This document shows, one piece after another, positions 8,990 through 18,375 of a stretch of DNA of 64,000 nucleotides. The translations under genes were made by a program, and so were the position numbers. Positions within the stretch are counted from its first letter, which is position 1. Every line of letters starts with the position of its first letter. The stretch is from an uncultured Ignavibacteria bacterium. GTDB lineage: Bacteria > Zixibacteria > MSB-5A5 > CAIYYT01. The stretch is from the NCBI GenBank assembly GCA_964576925.1, contig CAZNWJ010000001.1, forward strand, positions 91,915 through 155,914, given 5' to 3'. A model generated the notes under the pieces. The model was given only the letters and a program-made list of their open reading frames with translations. It was not told where the DNA came from and searched no databases.

Positions 8990-9529
8990 TCAGACTTCAA
9001 ATTCGAGTTTGCAGAAGTACGAGTGGATTTTTCCATCAGCCTCGCGACTGGAGAAGACAGCATAACCCTTCTTGGCGACAGCATCCAGTAAAGGCGCCGG
9101 CACAAAGGGCGTGATCAATTCAAAAATCTGCCCGGCGGCCAAGGTCTGGAGGTCATTCATTACCCGCCGCAAGGGGTGCTCACCGGCTGCGAGCATCGGT
9201 TCCGCGTCCAGCGTCAGTTTGATGCAGTCTTTTTTGAGCCATTGAGGTGTGCTGTCGACCGAGGATTTCTGTTCGCCCCCCTGCCAGTTCTCCTCGATGC
9301 CCAACTCCTGCCGCAGCGTATTGATCAGAGTCCCGATTTGCACATCGCCAATCTGGGCGACTTGCCGTAGCGTAGCGACTTTTGCCACGGTTTTTCTCAA
9401 TAGCGGGTTGCGCAATTTTGCGTAGGCCGGGGAGAGCTTCATCAGGGGTTCCTCCAGTTTGGGGAATCGGTCCAGAAGCGGGCCGATCCGGGTGTCCGGA
9501 GTGATAGTCAAAGTCTCATCTGAGTTCAT
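8990..9529 (-). CDS. DUF1858 domain protein
   Basis: N-terminal ITPDTRIGPLLDRFPKLEEPLMKLSPAYAKLRNPLLRKTVAKVATLRQVA is characteristic of DUF1858. Adjacent to a DUF438 gene, a conserved pairing. Confidence 0.6.
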   Translation of the reverse strand: MNSDETLTITPDTRIGPLLDRFPKLEEPLMKLSPAYAKLRNPLLRKTVAKVATLRQVAQIGDVQIGTLINTLRQELGIEENWQGGEQKSSVDSTPQWLKKDCIKLTLDAEPMLAAGEHPLRRVMNDLQTLAAGQIFELITPFVPAPLLDAVAKKGYAVFSSREADGKIHSYFCKLEFEV

Positions 9530-9563
9530 CTTGCGTTCCTTTCCCTCTCGGTGTCAAAGCCCA

Positions 9564-10799
9564 CTACTTCGCGTAAGACAGGAGCCGCTGGTCGCCTTGC
9601 AGGGCGCGCTTGTCTGTAAGATCCTGGCTGACTTCGAGCGTACCGAGATACTTGCCCTGTTTGTCCCTCAGGGCGAAGTATTCAATGTGAATAAAGCGGC
9701 CTTTCAAATTGATCCAAAACGGAGCGCGCGATTCGCGTCCGGACTTGAAGTCTTCGAGAATTCTCTGGACGATATGGACGCTGTGCGGCGGATGGCATAG
9801 CTGCACTTTGCGCCCCAGAATCGCGCGATTACGGTCGAAGATTCTCTCCGTGCCTTGAGTGAAATAGCGCACCGTATCGTCGCTGTCGACGAAGGTCAGG
9901 TCGAAGGGGATCGTGTTCAGGATCGCATTCAGCTCTTCCGGCGTCATGCTGCCGGAAGGCAATTGCACGCGATCGGCAGACTGGCCGCCGGTCGTCTGTT
10001 CGGCAGGAATTCCCGAAGGCTGCCATTCATCTTTGGGATCATAGAGGCAGAAGCCAATCTCAAGGCTCTGGTTGTAAACCTGCCACCATTCCTGCTCAGA
10101 TAGAGTGTCCAGACACATCGGAAAGAGAATCTGTTCTTCTTTGAAGATCATGTCTTCGATGCCATCGGACGCCGGCTTAAAGACTAACTCAACAAGAGTC
10201 CGCGCTTCATCGACGGACACCTCACCGGCATGTTCGTAAGTCTCAATGGCGACTTTCAGGAGTTCGCGGATTTGGTCGTGTTTGCCCCACATGACTGTCG
10301 GCGGCCCGGTGATCCCGTGCTTCTCAAGAAACGGAAACACGAGGTTCTCCTTGCGCCGATAATGCTTGTCGACATCGGTGAGCTTGTGCAGGTTTACCCT
10401 GATTTCTGCAAAGGCCTCGCGGAGTGTGGTCTCCTCGTCGGTACCATCGATCCTGGCATAGAGTTGCTTCAGCGCGGACAACTCCCACTCGATGGCGCGA
10501 TTCTCATTGATGAAAGTATGGACCGGATGCCCCGGGGGAGCGGTCTTGGCCCCGCTGTGATCGATGTCACCCTTGAGTACGGCGCTATGAATGTCACAGA
10601 GCTTGAGCACTTCCGTCAGCGGGAGCCCTTCTTCAATCAACTCCTTCTCTACCAGCATGACCTCGTTGTAGGGGACTTGTCCCAGGATCCGTTTCAACTG
10701 GGTCTTGACCTGTTCCGGCGCTTCACCATTGTGCAATTGCAGGATCAGGTGCTTGAGTAGTTCACGGCGTTTTTCGGCATTGTTAATCAGTTCACTCAT
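9564..10799 (-). CDS. DUF438-hemerythrin-PAS domain protein
   Basis: 411 aa. Three regions: N-terminal DUF438-like (LKRILGQVPYNEVMLVEKELIEEG), central hemerythrin HHE-like cation-binding region (HxxxE spacing, CDIHS...H...E), C-terminal PAS-like region. Architecture typical of this family. Confidence 0.7.
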   Translation of the reverse strand: MSELINNAEKRRELLKHLILQLHNGEAPEQVKTQLKRILGQVPYNEVMLVEKELIEEGLPLTEVLKLCDIHSAVLKGDIDHSGAKTAPPGHPVHTFINENRAIEWELSALKQLYARIDGTDEETTLREAFAEIRVNLHKLTDVDKHYRRKENLVFPFLEKHGITGPPTVMWGKHDQIRELLKVAIETYEHAGEVSVDEARTLVELVFKPASDGIEDMIFKEEQILFPMCLDTLSEQEWWQVYNQSLEIGFCLYDPKDEWQPSGIPAEQTTGGQSADRVQLPSGSMTPEELNAILNTIPFDLTFVDSDDTVRYFTQGTERIFDRNRAILGRKVQLCHPPHSVHIVQRILEDFKSGRESRAPFWINLKGRFIHIEYFALRDKQGKYLGTLEVSQDLTDKRALQGDQRLLSYAK

Positions 10800-10817
10800 A
10801 TATTCCCTCGATCTTAT

Positions 10818-11984
10818 TCAGCGTTGTGGTATTGGTCCCGGTTTGGGGGATGCTGATTCATGCATTCGCGACAAGCCATCGGCATCTGTGGGGTGCCCAT
10901 AGCCTTCGAGAAGCTGTTGGTGATGAATGTATTCGCTGGTCGTTACCTGGTTCTGCCAGTACCCGGTAATCATCCCCAGGCCCGTGATTGCGATGAAGAT
11001 TCCGACGGTTGCAACGGCAACCCAGCGCTTGGGCACGACTTGCTTTCCTACCACCGTCTTGAGTTCGAGTGTGTCGGCGATCGGGCAGACATCCACGCAG
11101 GACATACACGAAGTGCATTCATCTGACCAGACGGTCCTGACTCTGTCGACCTTGATGAAGGATGGACACTTGACCGCGCATTTGCCGCAGTCTATGCACG
11201 AGATAGTATTGCGCTTGATTTTGACCGGCGACAGAAACGAGGTGATTCCCAGCAGGGCGCCATAGGGGCAAAGATTCCGGCACCAGAAACCACGAAACAA
11301 TATTGACAGCAGCACGAGTGCCCCGATGACGATCAGCGCGAACGACGAGATATGGGCGAAGAAATAGTACATTTTTACATCGGCCACGATGTTGTAAGGG
11401 CTGTCCAGGAAGGCTCGAAGCGCCAGGCGCCCCATGGAAAAAAAGATGGCGTAAACGAAAAACGCGAGCAGGAGATACTTCAGGCTCCGCAGGGGATAGT
11501 CAAGCCAGCGCGGCATGACAAGGCGACGGCGCAGCAGCTTCTGGCCGAGGTCACCGAGGGACTCGGAGATGAGTCCCACCGGACAAAGCCATGAACAAAA
11601 CGACTTACCAAATACGATCGACAGCGTGATGATGGCGACCAAAATAACCAGTCCTGCCGGATGAGCCATGTGAATCTCACCGGTCAGGAAGAGGTAATAC
11701 AGGCTCATGAGCGAACTGATCGGCAGGAACCCTTCGACGCCGGGAGGCCGGCTGACAAGCGTGGTCGTTCCTCCCGATTCGATGTACTTGACAAAGAAGT
11801 GGAATTCGATTCCAATCCAAACGCAGAGGAGAGCGAAGGCGATCTGCACGGTCAGCCGCCACTTCTGAAGCGGTTTTTGGCGATTCTTAACTACCTTTGC
11901 CTTTGCTTCAGCCGGCTTCGGCGGCGTTGGCGGCGCGCCGGCGTGACCAAGCCAGGTGATTTCCGTTCTTTCCTGTTCGCTCAT
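10818..11984 (-). CDS. Membrane-bound 4Fe-4S polyferredoxin (NapH/MauN/NosR-like)
   Basis: Multiple TM helices plus two ferredoxin motifs CIDCGKCAVKCP and CTSCMSCVDVCP, with additional CxxC pairs (CSWLCP, CRNLCP). Confidence 0.7.
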   Translation of the reverse strand: MSEQERTEITWLGHAGAPPTPPKPAEAKAKVVKNRQKPLQKWRLTVQIAFALLCVWIGIEFHFFVKYIESGGTTTLVSRPPGVEGFLPISSLMSLYYLFLTGEIHMAHPAGLVILVAIITLSIVFGKSFCSWLCPVGLISESLGDLGQKLLRRRLVMPRWLDYPLRSLKYLLLAFFVYAIFFSMGRLALRAFLDSPYNIVADVKMYYFFAHISSFALIVIGALVLLSILFRGFWCRNLCPYGALLGITSFLSPVKIKRNTISCIDCGKCAVKCPSFIKVDRVRTVWSDECTSCMSCVDVCPIADTLELKTVVGKQVVPKRWVAVATVGIFIAITGLGMITGYWQNQVTTSEYIHHQQLLEGYGHPTDADGLSRMHESASPKPGPIPQR

Positions 11985-12079
11985 GGCGATCTTTCCTCAT
12001 TCCCGACGAGATGATCATACTCCCGTCGTGGAGAGGATCGGAAAATAGCCTTGATCAGTCCTTGATTTAAGTCAATCCG

Positions 12080-12757
12080 TCAGGACTTTTCGCCGGAGGC
12101 AATTTCGTCCAAGCCGGCGCAATTGAGGATTCTGATGCGCTTACCGTCAACCTGGATCAATTCTAAGTCTTTGAGTTTCTTGAGGCTCCGCGAAAGTGTT
12201 TCGCTAATCGTCGCAAGCTCGCTGGCCAGTTCCGCTTTTGTCACGTCAAGGTCAAAAATGTCGGAACCGGCTTTTTGACGCTGTCGCAGCAGGTAAACGG
12301 CGAGACGTGCCGGGACTTCGCGCAGCGAGAGGTCTTCGAGCTTCATGGTAAACTCGCGCAGCCAGCGGGAGAGACTGGAAATAATCTTGAGGGAGATCGC
12401 CGGGTGACGGGTAATCAACTCTATAAAGCGATCCTTTGGAATGAAGGCAACCTGCGAATCATCGACGGCAACAGCATTGGCCGGAAAAGTCTTTCCGCGA
12501 AAGATGGCCGCCTCGGCAAACATCTGCCCCGGAACAATATAGTGAAGGGTGAACTCCTTGCCGTCCGGTGCGGCTTTATAGATACGCACACGGCCTGAGA
12601 GAAGGACGAAGAAGCCAAGGGCGGGATCGCCTTCGAAAAAGAGCATAACGTCGCGATCGATATGCCGAAACTGGACGATGGCGGCAAGGGACTCGAATTC
12701 GGATTGGTCAAGCTCCTGGAATAAGAAAGCGTTGTGAAGGAGACTTCGCTCTGGCAT
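12080..12757 (-). CDS. Crp/Fnr family transcriptional regulator
   Basis: N-terminal cNMP-binding beta-roll (GDPALGFFVLLSGRVRIYK) and C-terminal HTH (KAELASELATISETLSRSLKKL). Confidence 0.8.
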   Translation of the reverse strand: MPERSLLHNAFLFQELDQSEFESLAAIVQFRHIDRDVMLFFEGDPALGFFVLLSGRVRIYKAAPDGKEFTLHYIVPGQMFAEAAIFRGKTFPANAVAVDDSQVAFIPKDRFIELITRHPAISLKIISSLSRWLREFTMKLEDLSLREVPARLAVYLLRQRQKAGSDIFDLDVTKAELASELATISETLSRSLKKLKDLELIQVDGKRIRILNCAGLDEIASGEKS

Positions 12758-12915
12758 AAATGATGGATAGTCGAAAGTTAGTACTCATTCAAGTTCAAAC
12801 TTGCGCGACGGCTCGAATCCCCTCTCGCAACTTTTCACAAGGAAATCAGGCCGTTTTTGCTTACATTGCGTCGAGTCTTCTGGCGACGATACCGTCAGTC
12901 AGAGAGCGGATATGT

Positions 12916-13299
12916 ATGTCGAAGGATCATGCCTCATTCTCGCCGACGATAGTCGATCACTTCCTTCACCCCCGCAACGCCGGAGTCGTGGAGGACGCGA
13001 CGATCCGCGTCGAGCTGGTGAACGACATCTGCGGCGACCGCATGTCATTGACACTGTCGATGCATGAGGGAGTGATTAGCGAGGCAAAGTTTCGTTCATT
13101 TGGCTGCGCCGTCGCAATAGCGACGGCCTCGCTTCTGACAGAAGCAATCCGGGGGAGGCGCTTGGCGGACGCCGGGATTCAAGCGGACCAAGTTTTTGCG
13201 AAGGTTGCCGGCGAAACGTACGGTGAGAAAGAGCACTGCCGATCGCTTGTTGAACGGGCGTGGCGGCAGGCCGTCGAACAGATTGAGAAGATGAGTTGA
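12916..13299 (+). CDS. NifU/IscU-like Fe-S cluster scaffold domain protein
   Basis: ORF 12760..13299. ATG at 12916 (MSKDHASF...). IscU-like motifs HPRNAG...CGDRM...FGCAVAIATAS...EHCRSL. Confidence 0.6.
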   Translation: MSKDHASFSPTIVDHFLHPRNAGVVEDATIRVELVNDICGDRMSLTLSMHEGVISEAKFRSFGCAVAIATASLLTEAIRGRRLADAGIQADQVFAKVAGETYGEKEHCRSLVERAWRQAVEQIEKMS

Positions 13300-13320
13300 T
13301 TAGCGATAAGGAGTCAGGTT

Positions 13321-13818
13321 GTGACCACGGTAAGCAAAGAGATTGAAGATATCATCAAGATTGGTATCAAGACGGAGATCGAGGGGCAGTATTTCTACTC
13401 GACCTTAGCCCAGCAGATCAAGCATCCGGAGGCGCGCAAGAAGATCGAGCAATTGGCGATGGACGAAGTCAGCCATGAGCGGCGGCTTCGCGACCTGTAC
13501 AAGCAATATGTCGGTAAGGAGGTCTCCGAACTCCCCGCAGAAGGCTTGGCGATTTTCAAGAACGCGTTTGGCGACAGACCGCTTGCCGAAGCGGATAAAT
13601 TTCGTTTGATTGAACTGGCCATGGAAGCAGAGCGGCTGACTGCCCGTCACTACAAGGCCGGCGAAGCGAAAACCACCGATGCGCGCACGCGCGAAGTATT
13701 CGCCGAGTTGGTCGCCGAAGAGGACGGTCACTACGATATGCTGGCCGCTGAACGGGAGGCCTTGCGCGGCAACATCAATTGGTTTGCCTACGAAGGCTCA
13801 CAAATGCTTGAAGACTGA
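13321..13818 (+). CDS. Rubrerythrin/ferritin-like diiron protein
   Basis: GTG start. Four E-containing helical motifs (EIEGQYFY, DEVSHERRL, EAERLTARHY, EEDGHYDML) typical of the ferritin-like diiron four-helix bundle. Confidence 0.6.
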   Translation: MTTVSKEIEDIIKIGIKTEIEGQYFYSTLAQQIKHPEARKKIEQLAMDEVSHERRLRDLYKQYVGKEVSELPAEGLAIFKNAFGDRPLAEADKFRLIELAMEAERLTARHYKAGEAKTTDARTREVFAELVAEEDGHYDMLAAEREALRGNINWFAYEGSQMLED

Positions 13819-13854
13819 GGAAGAAAATCCGTCACTTTACTGGAGGAGAACGCT

Positions 13855-14523
13855 ATGAGTGCGGAGTTGTTTGATATCACCATTGTCGGCGGCGGACCGG
13901 CGGGGCTGTTCGCCTCGTTTTACGCGGGTTTGCGCGATGCGCGCACGAAAATCATCGAGTCGACCGGCGAATTGGGCGGCGCGCTAATTCACGAGTATCC
14001 CAACGAAGTCCTGCGCGACGTTGCCGGCTTCGTGCTGATCACTGCTCGCAAGCTTGCCGAAAACTTCATCGAGCAGGCCACAATGTACGAGCACGTGATT
14101 CTCAAGAATGAAAGCGTCAGTGCGTGCGAATTCGACAAGTCTTCCAAGACCTGGACGATTACAACTGACAAAGGCGCACATAAGTCCAAAGCTGTGGTAC
14201 TGGCGCTGGGCTCACTCGAACGAGTGCAGAAGAAGAGCAAGGGATTAATCGAATCTTTGAAGAAGCAAGGGGTCAAGATCAACGAACAGGGGATCGCCGT
14301 TGACGCCACGATGAATGCCGGAGTGCCGGGTCTTTATGCTTGCGGTGATTTCATCAGCAAGGCCAAGGAACTGAATTTCATCTCGATGGCAACCGCAGAG
14401 GCGGCGATCGCAGTCAATAACGCTAAGAAATACGTCAACCCCGAGGTTGATACGTTCCCGGGTTATTCCACTGATCTCAAAAAAGAAAAGCCCAACTATC
14501 ACACCAATCCCCTTGCGGATTGA
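13855..14523 (+). CDS. Short FAD-dependent oxidoreductase, TrxR-like but lacking the NAD(P)H domain
   Basis: N-terminal FAD fingerprint ITIVGGGPAGLFASFYAG and C-terminal GVPGLYACGDF FAD motif. Only 222 aa, with no second GxGxxG/A between them. Confidence 0.6.
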   Translation: MSAELFDITIVGGGPAGLFASFYAGLRDARTKIIESTGELGGALIHEYPNEVLRDVAGFVLITARKLAENFIEQATMYEHVILKNESVSACEFDKSSKTWTITTDKGAHKSKAVVLALGSLERVQKKSKGLIESLKKQGVKINEQGIAVDATMNAGVPGLYACGDFISKAKELNFISMATAEAAIAVNNAKKYVNPEVDTFPGYSTDLKKEKPNYHTNPLAD

Positions 14524-14547
14524 CGTGATTTTCCCCTATGAGCGATG

Positions 14548-14578
14548 AGGGCGCGGCCTGCCGCGCCCTTTCTTTTAG
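14548..14578 (+). terminator. Rho-independent terminator (GGGCGCGG-CCTG-CCGCGCCC + TTTCTTTT)
   Basis: GC stem and T-rich tail 25 nt after the stop at 14523. Confidence 0.6.
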
Positions 14579-14716
14579 TCCGGTATCGCGCGATCGTATT
14601 CGGAGATTATTTATCAGATTTTACTTGAATCGATGGTGGGTGTCTTCTATCTTGACTAAAGTAGTCAGAATTGAATTTCGGTCTGGAAACGAACCAATCG
14701 AACAGGGAGACGTTAG

Positions 14717-15022
14717 ATGTTTGTGATGATGAATCGGATGAGGGTCCCGGAGGAACAGCGGCAGCGATTTGAGGAGATGTTCCGCACACGTGCCAAAGCG
14801 GTGGATAGACGTCCGGGATTCATTCGTGCCGAGATATTGAAACCAAGCCAAGGCAACGAGTATATCGTCATGACACACTGGGAGTCTGAGAAGGCTTTTG
14901 AGGACTGGACCAACAGCAAGGAATACCTCGAAGGGCACAAACGAGTCGGAGAGTTCAAGGGCGAGGATGGACGGATCTCGTTAACGTCAACGATCGAGAA
15001 GTATGAAGTCTTTGCCACCTGA
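14717..15022 (+). CDS. Antibiotic biosynthesis monooxygenase (ABM/Dabb) domain protein
   Basis: About 100 aa with FIRAEILKPSQGNEYIVMTHWESEKAFEDW, typical of ABM-fold proteins. Confidence 0.65.
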   Translation: MFVMMNRMRVPEEQRQRFEEMFRTRAKAVDRRPGFIRAEILKPSQGNEYIVMTHWESEKAFEDWTNSKEYLEGHKRVGEFKGEDGRISLTSTIEKYEVFAT

Positions 15023-15308
15023 GTCCTCGACTTCTTCAGACGCCGAGTTCGATGCCGCTACCGCGAAGACTCCCTCTCTATACCAGAAGCTTCGCGGGGT
15101 CTTAAGGCAGTTCCGAAGGGACCTCCGCGAACCTCTTCCCGGCTCGGAGGGACTGGGTCGCTGGCAGCGCCTTCGCCTCCGGTTCCGTCACTTGATCAAG
15201 CGTTATGGATGGAAACTCGTGTTGGCCGTCGTCATCTATTACCTGATTCGCGACAGCCTGCTCTACATAATCATCCCCTATTTCGTCGCCAAGAAGCTGC
15301 TGGGTTGA
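15003..15308 (+). CDS. Hypothetical small membrane protein
   Basis: ORF overlapping the previous gene end. C-terminal TM (WKLVLAVVIYYLIRDSLLYIIIPYFVA). No family recognised. Confidence 0.35.
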   Translation: MKSLPPESSTSSDAEFDAATAKTPSLYQKLRGVLRQFRRDLREPLPGSEGLGRWQRLRLRFRHLIKRYGWKLVLAVVIYYLIRDSLLYIIIPYFVAKKLLG

Positions 15309-15420
15309 CATCGCCCGCGCTGCGACTATATTGGTACCTTCCGAGTCGATGATTACCCGTACGGGGCGCGTTGTTCATCGGCTTCCATACAGCTAGGAAA
15401 CCCGAGAGCGAACGACAGAA

Positions 15421-16761
15421 ATGACAGATTCCGCCGCAAATATCCAGATCTCGCCTGCCAAGACGGTCTATGTCGAGACTTATGGCTGCCAAATGAACGA
15501 GTACGACTCCGAGATCGTGCGCGAAATTCTACGGCGCAACAACTTCGCCCTGTCAGAATCTCCGGAGTCTGCCGGCGTTGTCCTGCTCAACACCTGTGCG
15601 ATCCGCGAAAACGCCCACGACAAAGTACGGGCACGGATCGGAGAACTCAGACACCTCAAGAAGAAGAACAAGAAGCTGATCCTGGGGGTACTGGGCTGCA
15701 TGGCGCAGAATCTCAAGAAAGAATTGCTCGAGTCAAACACGGGTGTCGACTTGATTGCCGGACCGGATTCCTACAAGGCCCTGCCGGTCATGATCGACCG
15801 TGTTCACAACACCGGCGAGAAAGAGTTCAAACTGACGCTGTCTGAGTACGAGACCTATGCTGACGTCTTCCCGACCAACCGGCATGGTGTCAACGCCTGG
15901 GTGGCGGTGATGCGCGGCTGCGATAACTATTGCACATTCTGCGTAGTACCGATGACGCGCGGCCGCGAACGAAGCCGCGATCCGTTCAACGTCATCGAAG
16001 AGGTTCGACAGCTGGCCGAACATGGCTTCAAACAGGTCACGCTTCTGGGACAGAATGTCAACAGCTACAAATTCAAGGGATTCGACTTTGCCAAGCTAAT
16101 CACGGCGGTCAGCAATATCGATGGTATCAGTCGCATCAGGTTCACTTCACCTCATCCCAAGGATTTTCCGGAGCAGCTAATCGAAGTCGTTGCGACCAAC
16201 CCGAAAGCCTGCAAGCATATTCACCTACCCCTGCAGGCGGGGTCGAACCGCGTACTTGAGGCGATGAATCGTACCTACACGCGCGAACACTTTGTGGCGC
16301 TCGCAGAGAGGATGCGCCAGATGATTCCCGGTCTGGCATTGACCACCGATGTTATTGTGGGCTTTCCGACCGAAACCGAGACGGAATTTCAGGAGACGCT
16401 GGAAGTCATGCAGGAAGTGCAATTTGATTCCGCATTCATGTTCAAGTACTCGGAACGCAAAGGCACACTGGCGCAGCGGACCCTGCCGGATGACATCTCG
16501 GATGAAATCAAGACTGACCGCATGGTACGACTCGTCGAACAGCAGCGGCACATTTCCTATCACCGAAACCAAGCCCATCTCGGGCAAGCTTTCGACGTTT
16601 TGGTGGAAGGGTATGGCAAGAAGCCGAATCAGCTTCTCGGCAGAAACGATGGCAACAAGATCGTGGTCTTTCCCGATAATGGCACCAAGCCGGGTGAATT
16701 GACCACGGTGCGGGTGGACGAGGTCACGCCGAATACGCTCATTGGAATAGCCTGCCCGTAG
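15421..16761 (+). CDS. miaB: tRNA-i6A37 methylthiotransferase MiaB
   Basis: N-terminal YVETYGCQMNEYDSEI. Radical-SAM CxxxCxxC (CDNYCTFC). TRAM C-terminus. 446 aa. Confidence 0.9.
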   Translation: MTDSAANIQISPAKTVYVETYGCQMNEYDSEIVREILRRNNFALSESPESAGVVLLNTCAIRENAHDKVRARIGELRHLKKKNKKLILGVLGCMAQNLKKELLESNTGVDLIAGPDSYKALPVMIDRVHNTGEKEFKLTLSEYETYADVFPTNRHGVNAWVAVMRGCDNYCTFCVVPMTRGRERSRDPFNVIEEVRQLAEHGFKQVTLLGQNVNSYKFKGFDFAKLITAVSNIDGISRIRFTSPHPKDFPEQLIEVVATNPKACKHIHLPLQAGSNRVLEAMNRTYTREHFVALAERMRQMIPGLALTTDVIVGFPTETETEFQETLEVMQEVQFDSAFMFKYSERKGTLAQRTLPDDISDEIKTDRMVRLVEQQRHISYHRNQAHLGQAFDVLVEGYGKKPNQLLGRNDGNKIVVFPDNGTKPGELTTVRVDEVTPNTLIGIACP

Positions 16762-16798
16762 CCCTTGAATTCATTCAGGAAAGTTGAAGAAGATAACG

Positions 16799-16830
16799 CC
16801 GGGAGAGCATAGGCTCTCCCGGTGTTTTGT
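16799..16830. terminator. Bidirectional terminator (CCGGGAGAGC-ATAG-GCTCTCCCGG + TGTTTTG)
   Basis: Between convergent miaB (+) and the DUF1573 gene (-). Confidence 0.6.
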
Positions 16831-16848
16831 TGGGTGGACTGCTCAGGA

Positions 16849-17577
16849 TTAGTGCTTCGCGACGGACGCCTTATTGAGACTAACAGGAATCGTGTAGCGA
16901 CTACCGTCCTTGTCGCTCACCGCAAAGGTGAACGACTTCTGGAATTGGTCTTCGGGGAGCGCGCTGTTGAGCTTCACCTTAATCTCTCTCGACTGCCCCG
17001 GTTTGATTTCTGAGCGCGGGATTTCAACGCTGATGAACTCCGATGAGAGGCTCACCAGCTGTAGCCCGACCGGTTCGGCAGAGACGTTCTTGACCGTCAA
17101 CTTGGCTTCCTTCGACTTGTTCTGTTCACTGAAGCTGATTTCACTCATCGAGAGTGTCAGCGGCGTCAAGGAGTCAGCGTGCTCATATGCCTTGCCCTTA
17201 AAGGACAGGGCGAAGCTCGCACGGTCCTTATCGTTAGTGGTAACCGTGGCGCTCTTACTGAATCTTCCGTTCGCTGCTTTATTCGAGGTGTAGATCAGTT
17301 CTACCGTTGTGCTGTCACCGGCTGCCACGACTTCTTTCTTGAGCGGGGCTTTTGTGCACCCGCAGCCTGGTTTGACACCGAGGATTTTCAGCGAGTCGGT
17401 ACCCTGGCTACGCAGTGTATAGGAATGCCCGACAACGGCTCCGGACGGAATGTAGCCAAAGTCGAACGAAAGCTCGTCGACCTCCACTTTGGCTGTGGAC
17501 GCCGGTGTTTCTTGAGCCAACGCGGATGCGCCAAATGCGGCGGCGATGAACAGTACAGCAAATGATGGGATTCTCAT
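16849..17577 (-). CDS. DUF1573 domain secreted protein
   Basis: Signal peptide MRIPSFAVLFIAAAFGASALA. FDFGYIPSGAVVGHSYTLRSQGTDSLKILGVKPGCGCT is the hallmark of DUF1573 (PF07610). Confidence 0.7.
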   Translation of the reverse strand: MRIPSFAVLFIAAAFGASALAQETPASTAKVEVDELSFDFGYIPSGAVVGHSYTLRSQGTDSLKILGVKPGCGCTKAPLKKEVVAAGDSTTVELIYTSNKAANGRFSKSATVTTNDKDRASFALSFKGKAYEHADSLTPLTLSMSEISFSEQNKSKEAKLTVKNVSAEPVGLQLVSLSSEFISVEIPRSEIKPGQSREIKVKLNSALPEDQFQKSFTFAVSDKDGSRYTIPVSLNKASVAKH

Positions 17578-17676
17578 GTTTTCTCCTTCAAGTGTGTTAG
17601 TCTATTGTGATCGATTTACTTTTGTATTTAAGGCTTTGACTACTGCTTACCCGTCTCGCTTGCTTTCCTAAGGTGA

Positions 17677-18375
17677 TTATGAGAGCAGTTTTCTGGCAGC
17701 CAGACTTAACAGGCTGGTTGATTCGCTGCGGAAGATTGGCGCAATTTTGTCGATCTGGCAGCAGCCCAAGTCTATGATCGCCTTCACCATTAATCGCACG
17801 TCGCGTTCGGTCTTAAGATCAGAGATCGTCAGCCGGCAAGTTTCGCTGCACTCACCCACGGAGAACTGAATCTGGCTGACTCCGAGCGAGTCCAGCAGGC
17901 TGGTCGCTTCGTCTCTCCCCATCCCAAGCGCGTCGAGCAACGAATTGGCCTTATCGTAATTCAAGGCAACATCTTTGCCGACGCCGGCAATGGCGATCTC
18001 GTATCCCACTTGCTCGCGAAAATTGAAAGGTATCAGCGCCAGCAGAGCGATCACCGCAGCAGCGGCGAGCATCGCCAGTCGCGGCCGCAGATTCGCAGGG
18101 CCAGAGCGCCCTGGTGAGACTCGATGAACGGAGACCTGATCGGCGGGGCTTCCGATGCTCTCGATTCGCTGGCGAAGCTCATTGATTGAAAGCCCCGGAG
18201 TCGGCTGGTTTTCACCAAGGGCGTGAAAGTCCCGTCCAATCGCTTCCTCGGCTCGCACCAACGCAGCGCACTCGAGGCAGGCGGCGAGATGTTCAAGCAG
18301 TTCGCGGTCCTGACAGTAGGCGCTGTATTGCCAGTTGGCACCTTCCAGGCGCTTGCGGGCATGACTGCATTTCAT
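17677..18375 (-). CDS. Anti-sigma factor (zinc-finger, single TM)
   Basis: N-terminal Cys/His-containing segment (CSHARKRLE...HLAACLECAAL), central TM (LAMLAAAAVIALLALIPF). Start overlaps the stop of the upstream ECF sigma gene (ATGA). Confidence 0.6.
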   Translation of the reverse strand: MKCSHARKRLEGANWQYSAYCQDRELLEHLAACLECAALVRAEEAIGRDFHALGENQPTPGLSINELRQRIESIGSPADQVSVHRVSPGRSGPANLRPRLAMLAAAAVIALLALIPFNFREQVGYEIAIAGVGKDVALNYDKANSLLDALGMGRDEATSLLDSLGVSQIQFSVGECSETCRLTISDLKTERDVRLMVKAIIDLGCCQIDKIAPIFRSESTSLLSLAARKLLS

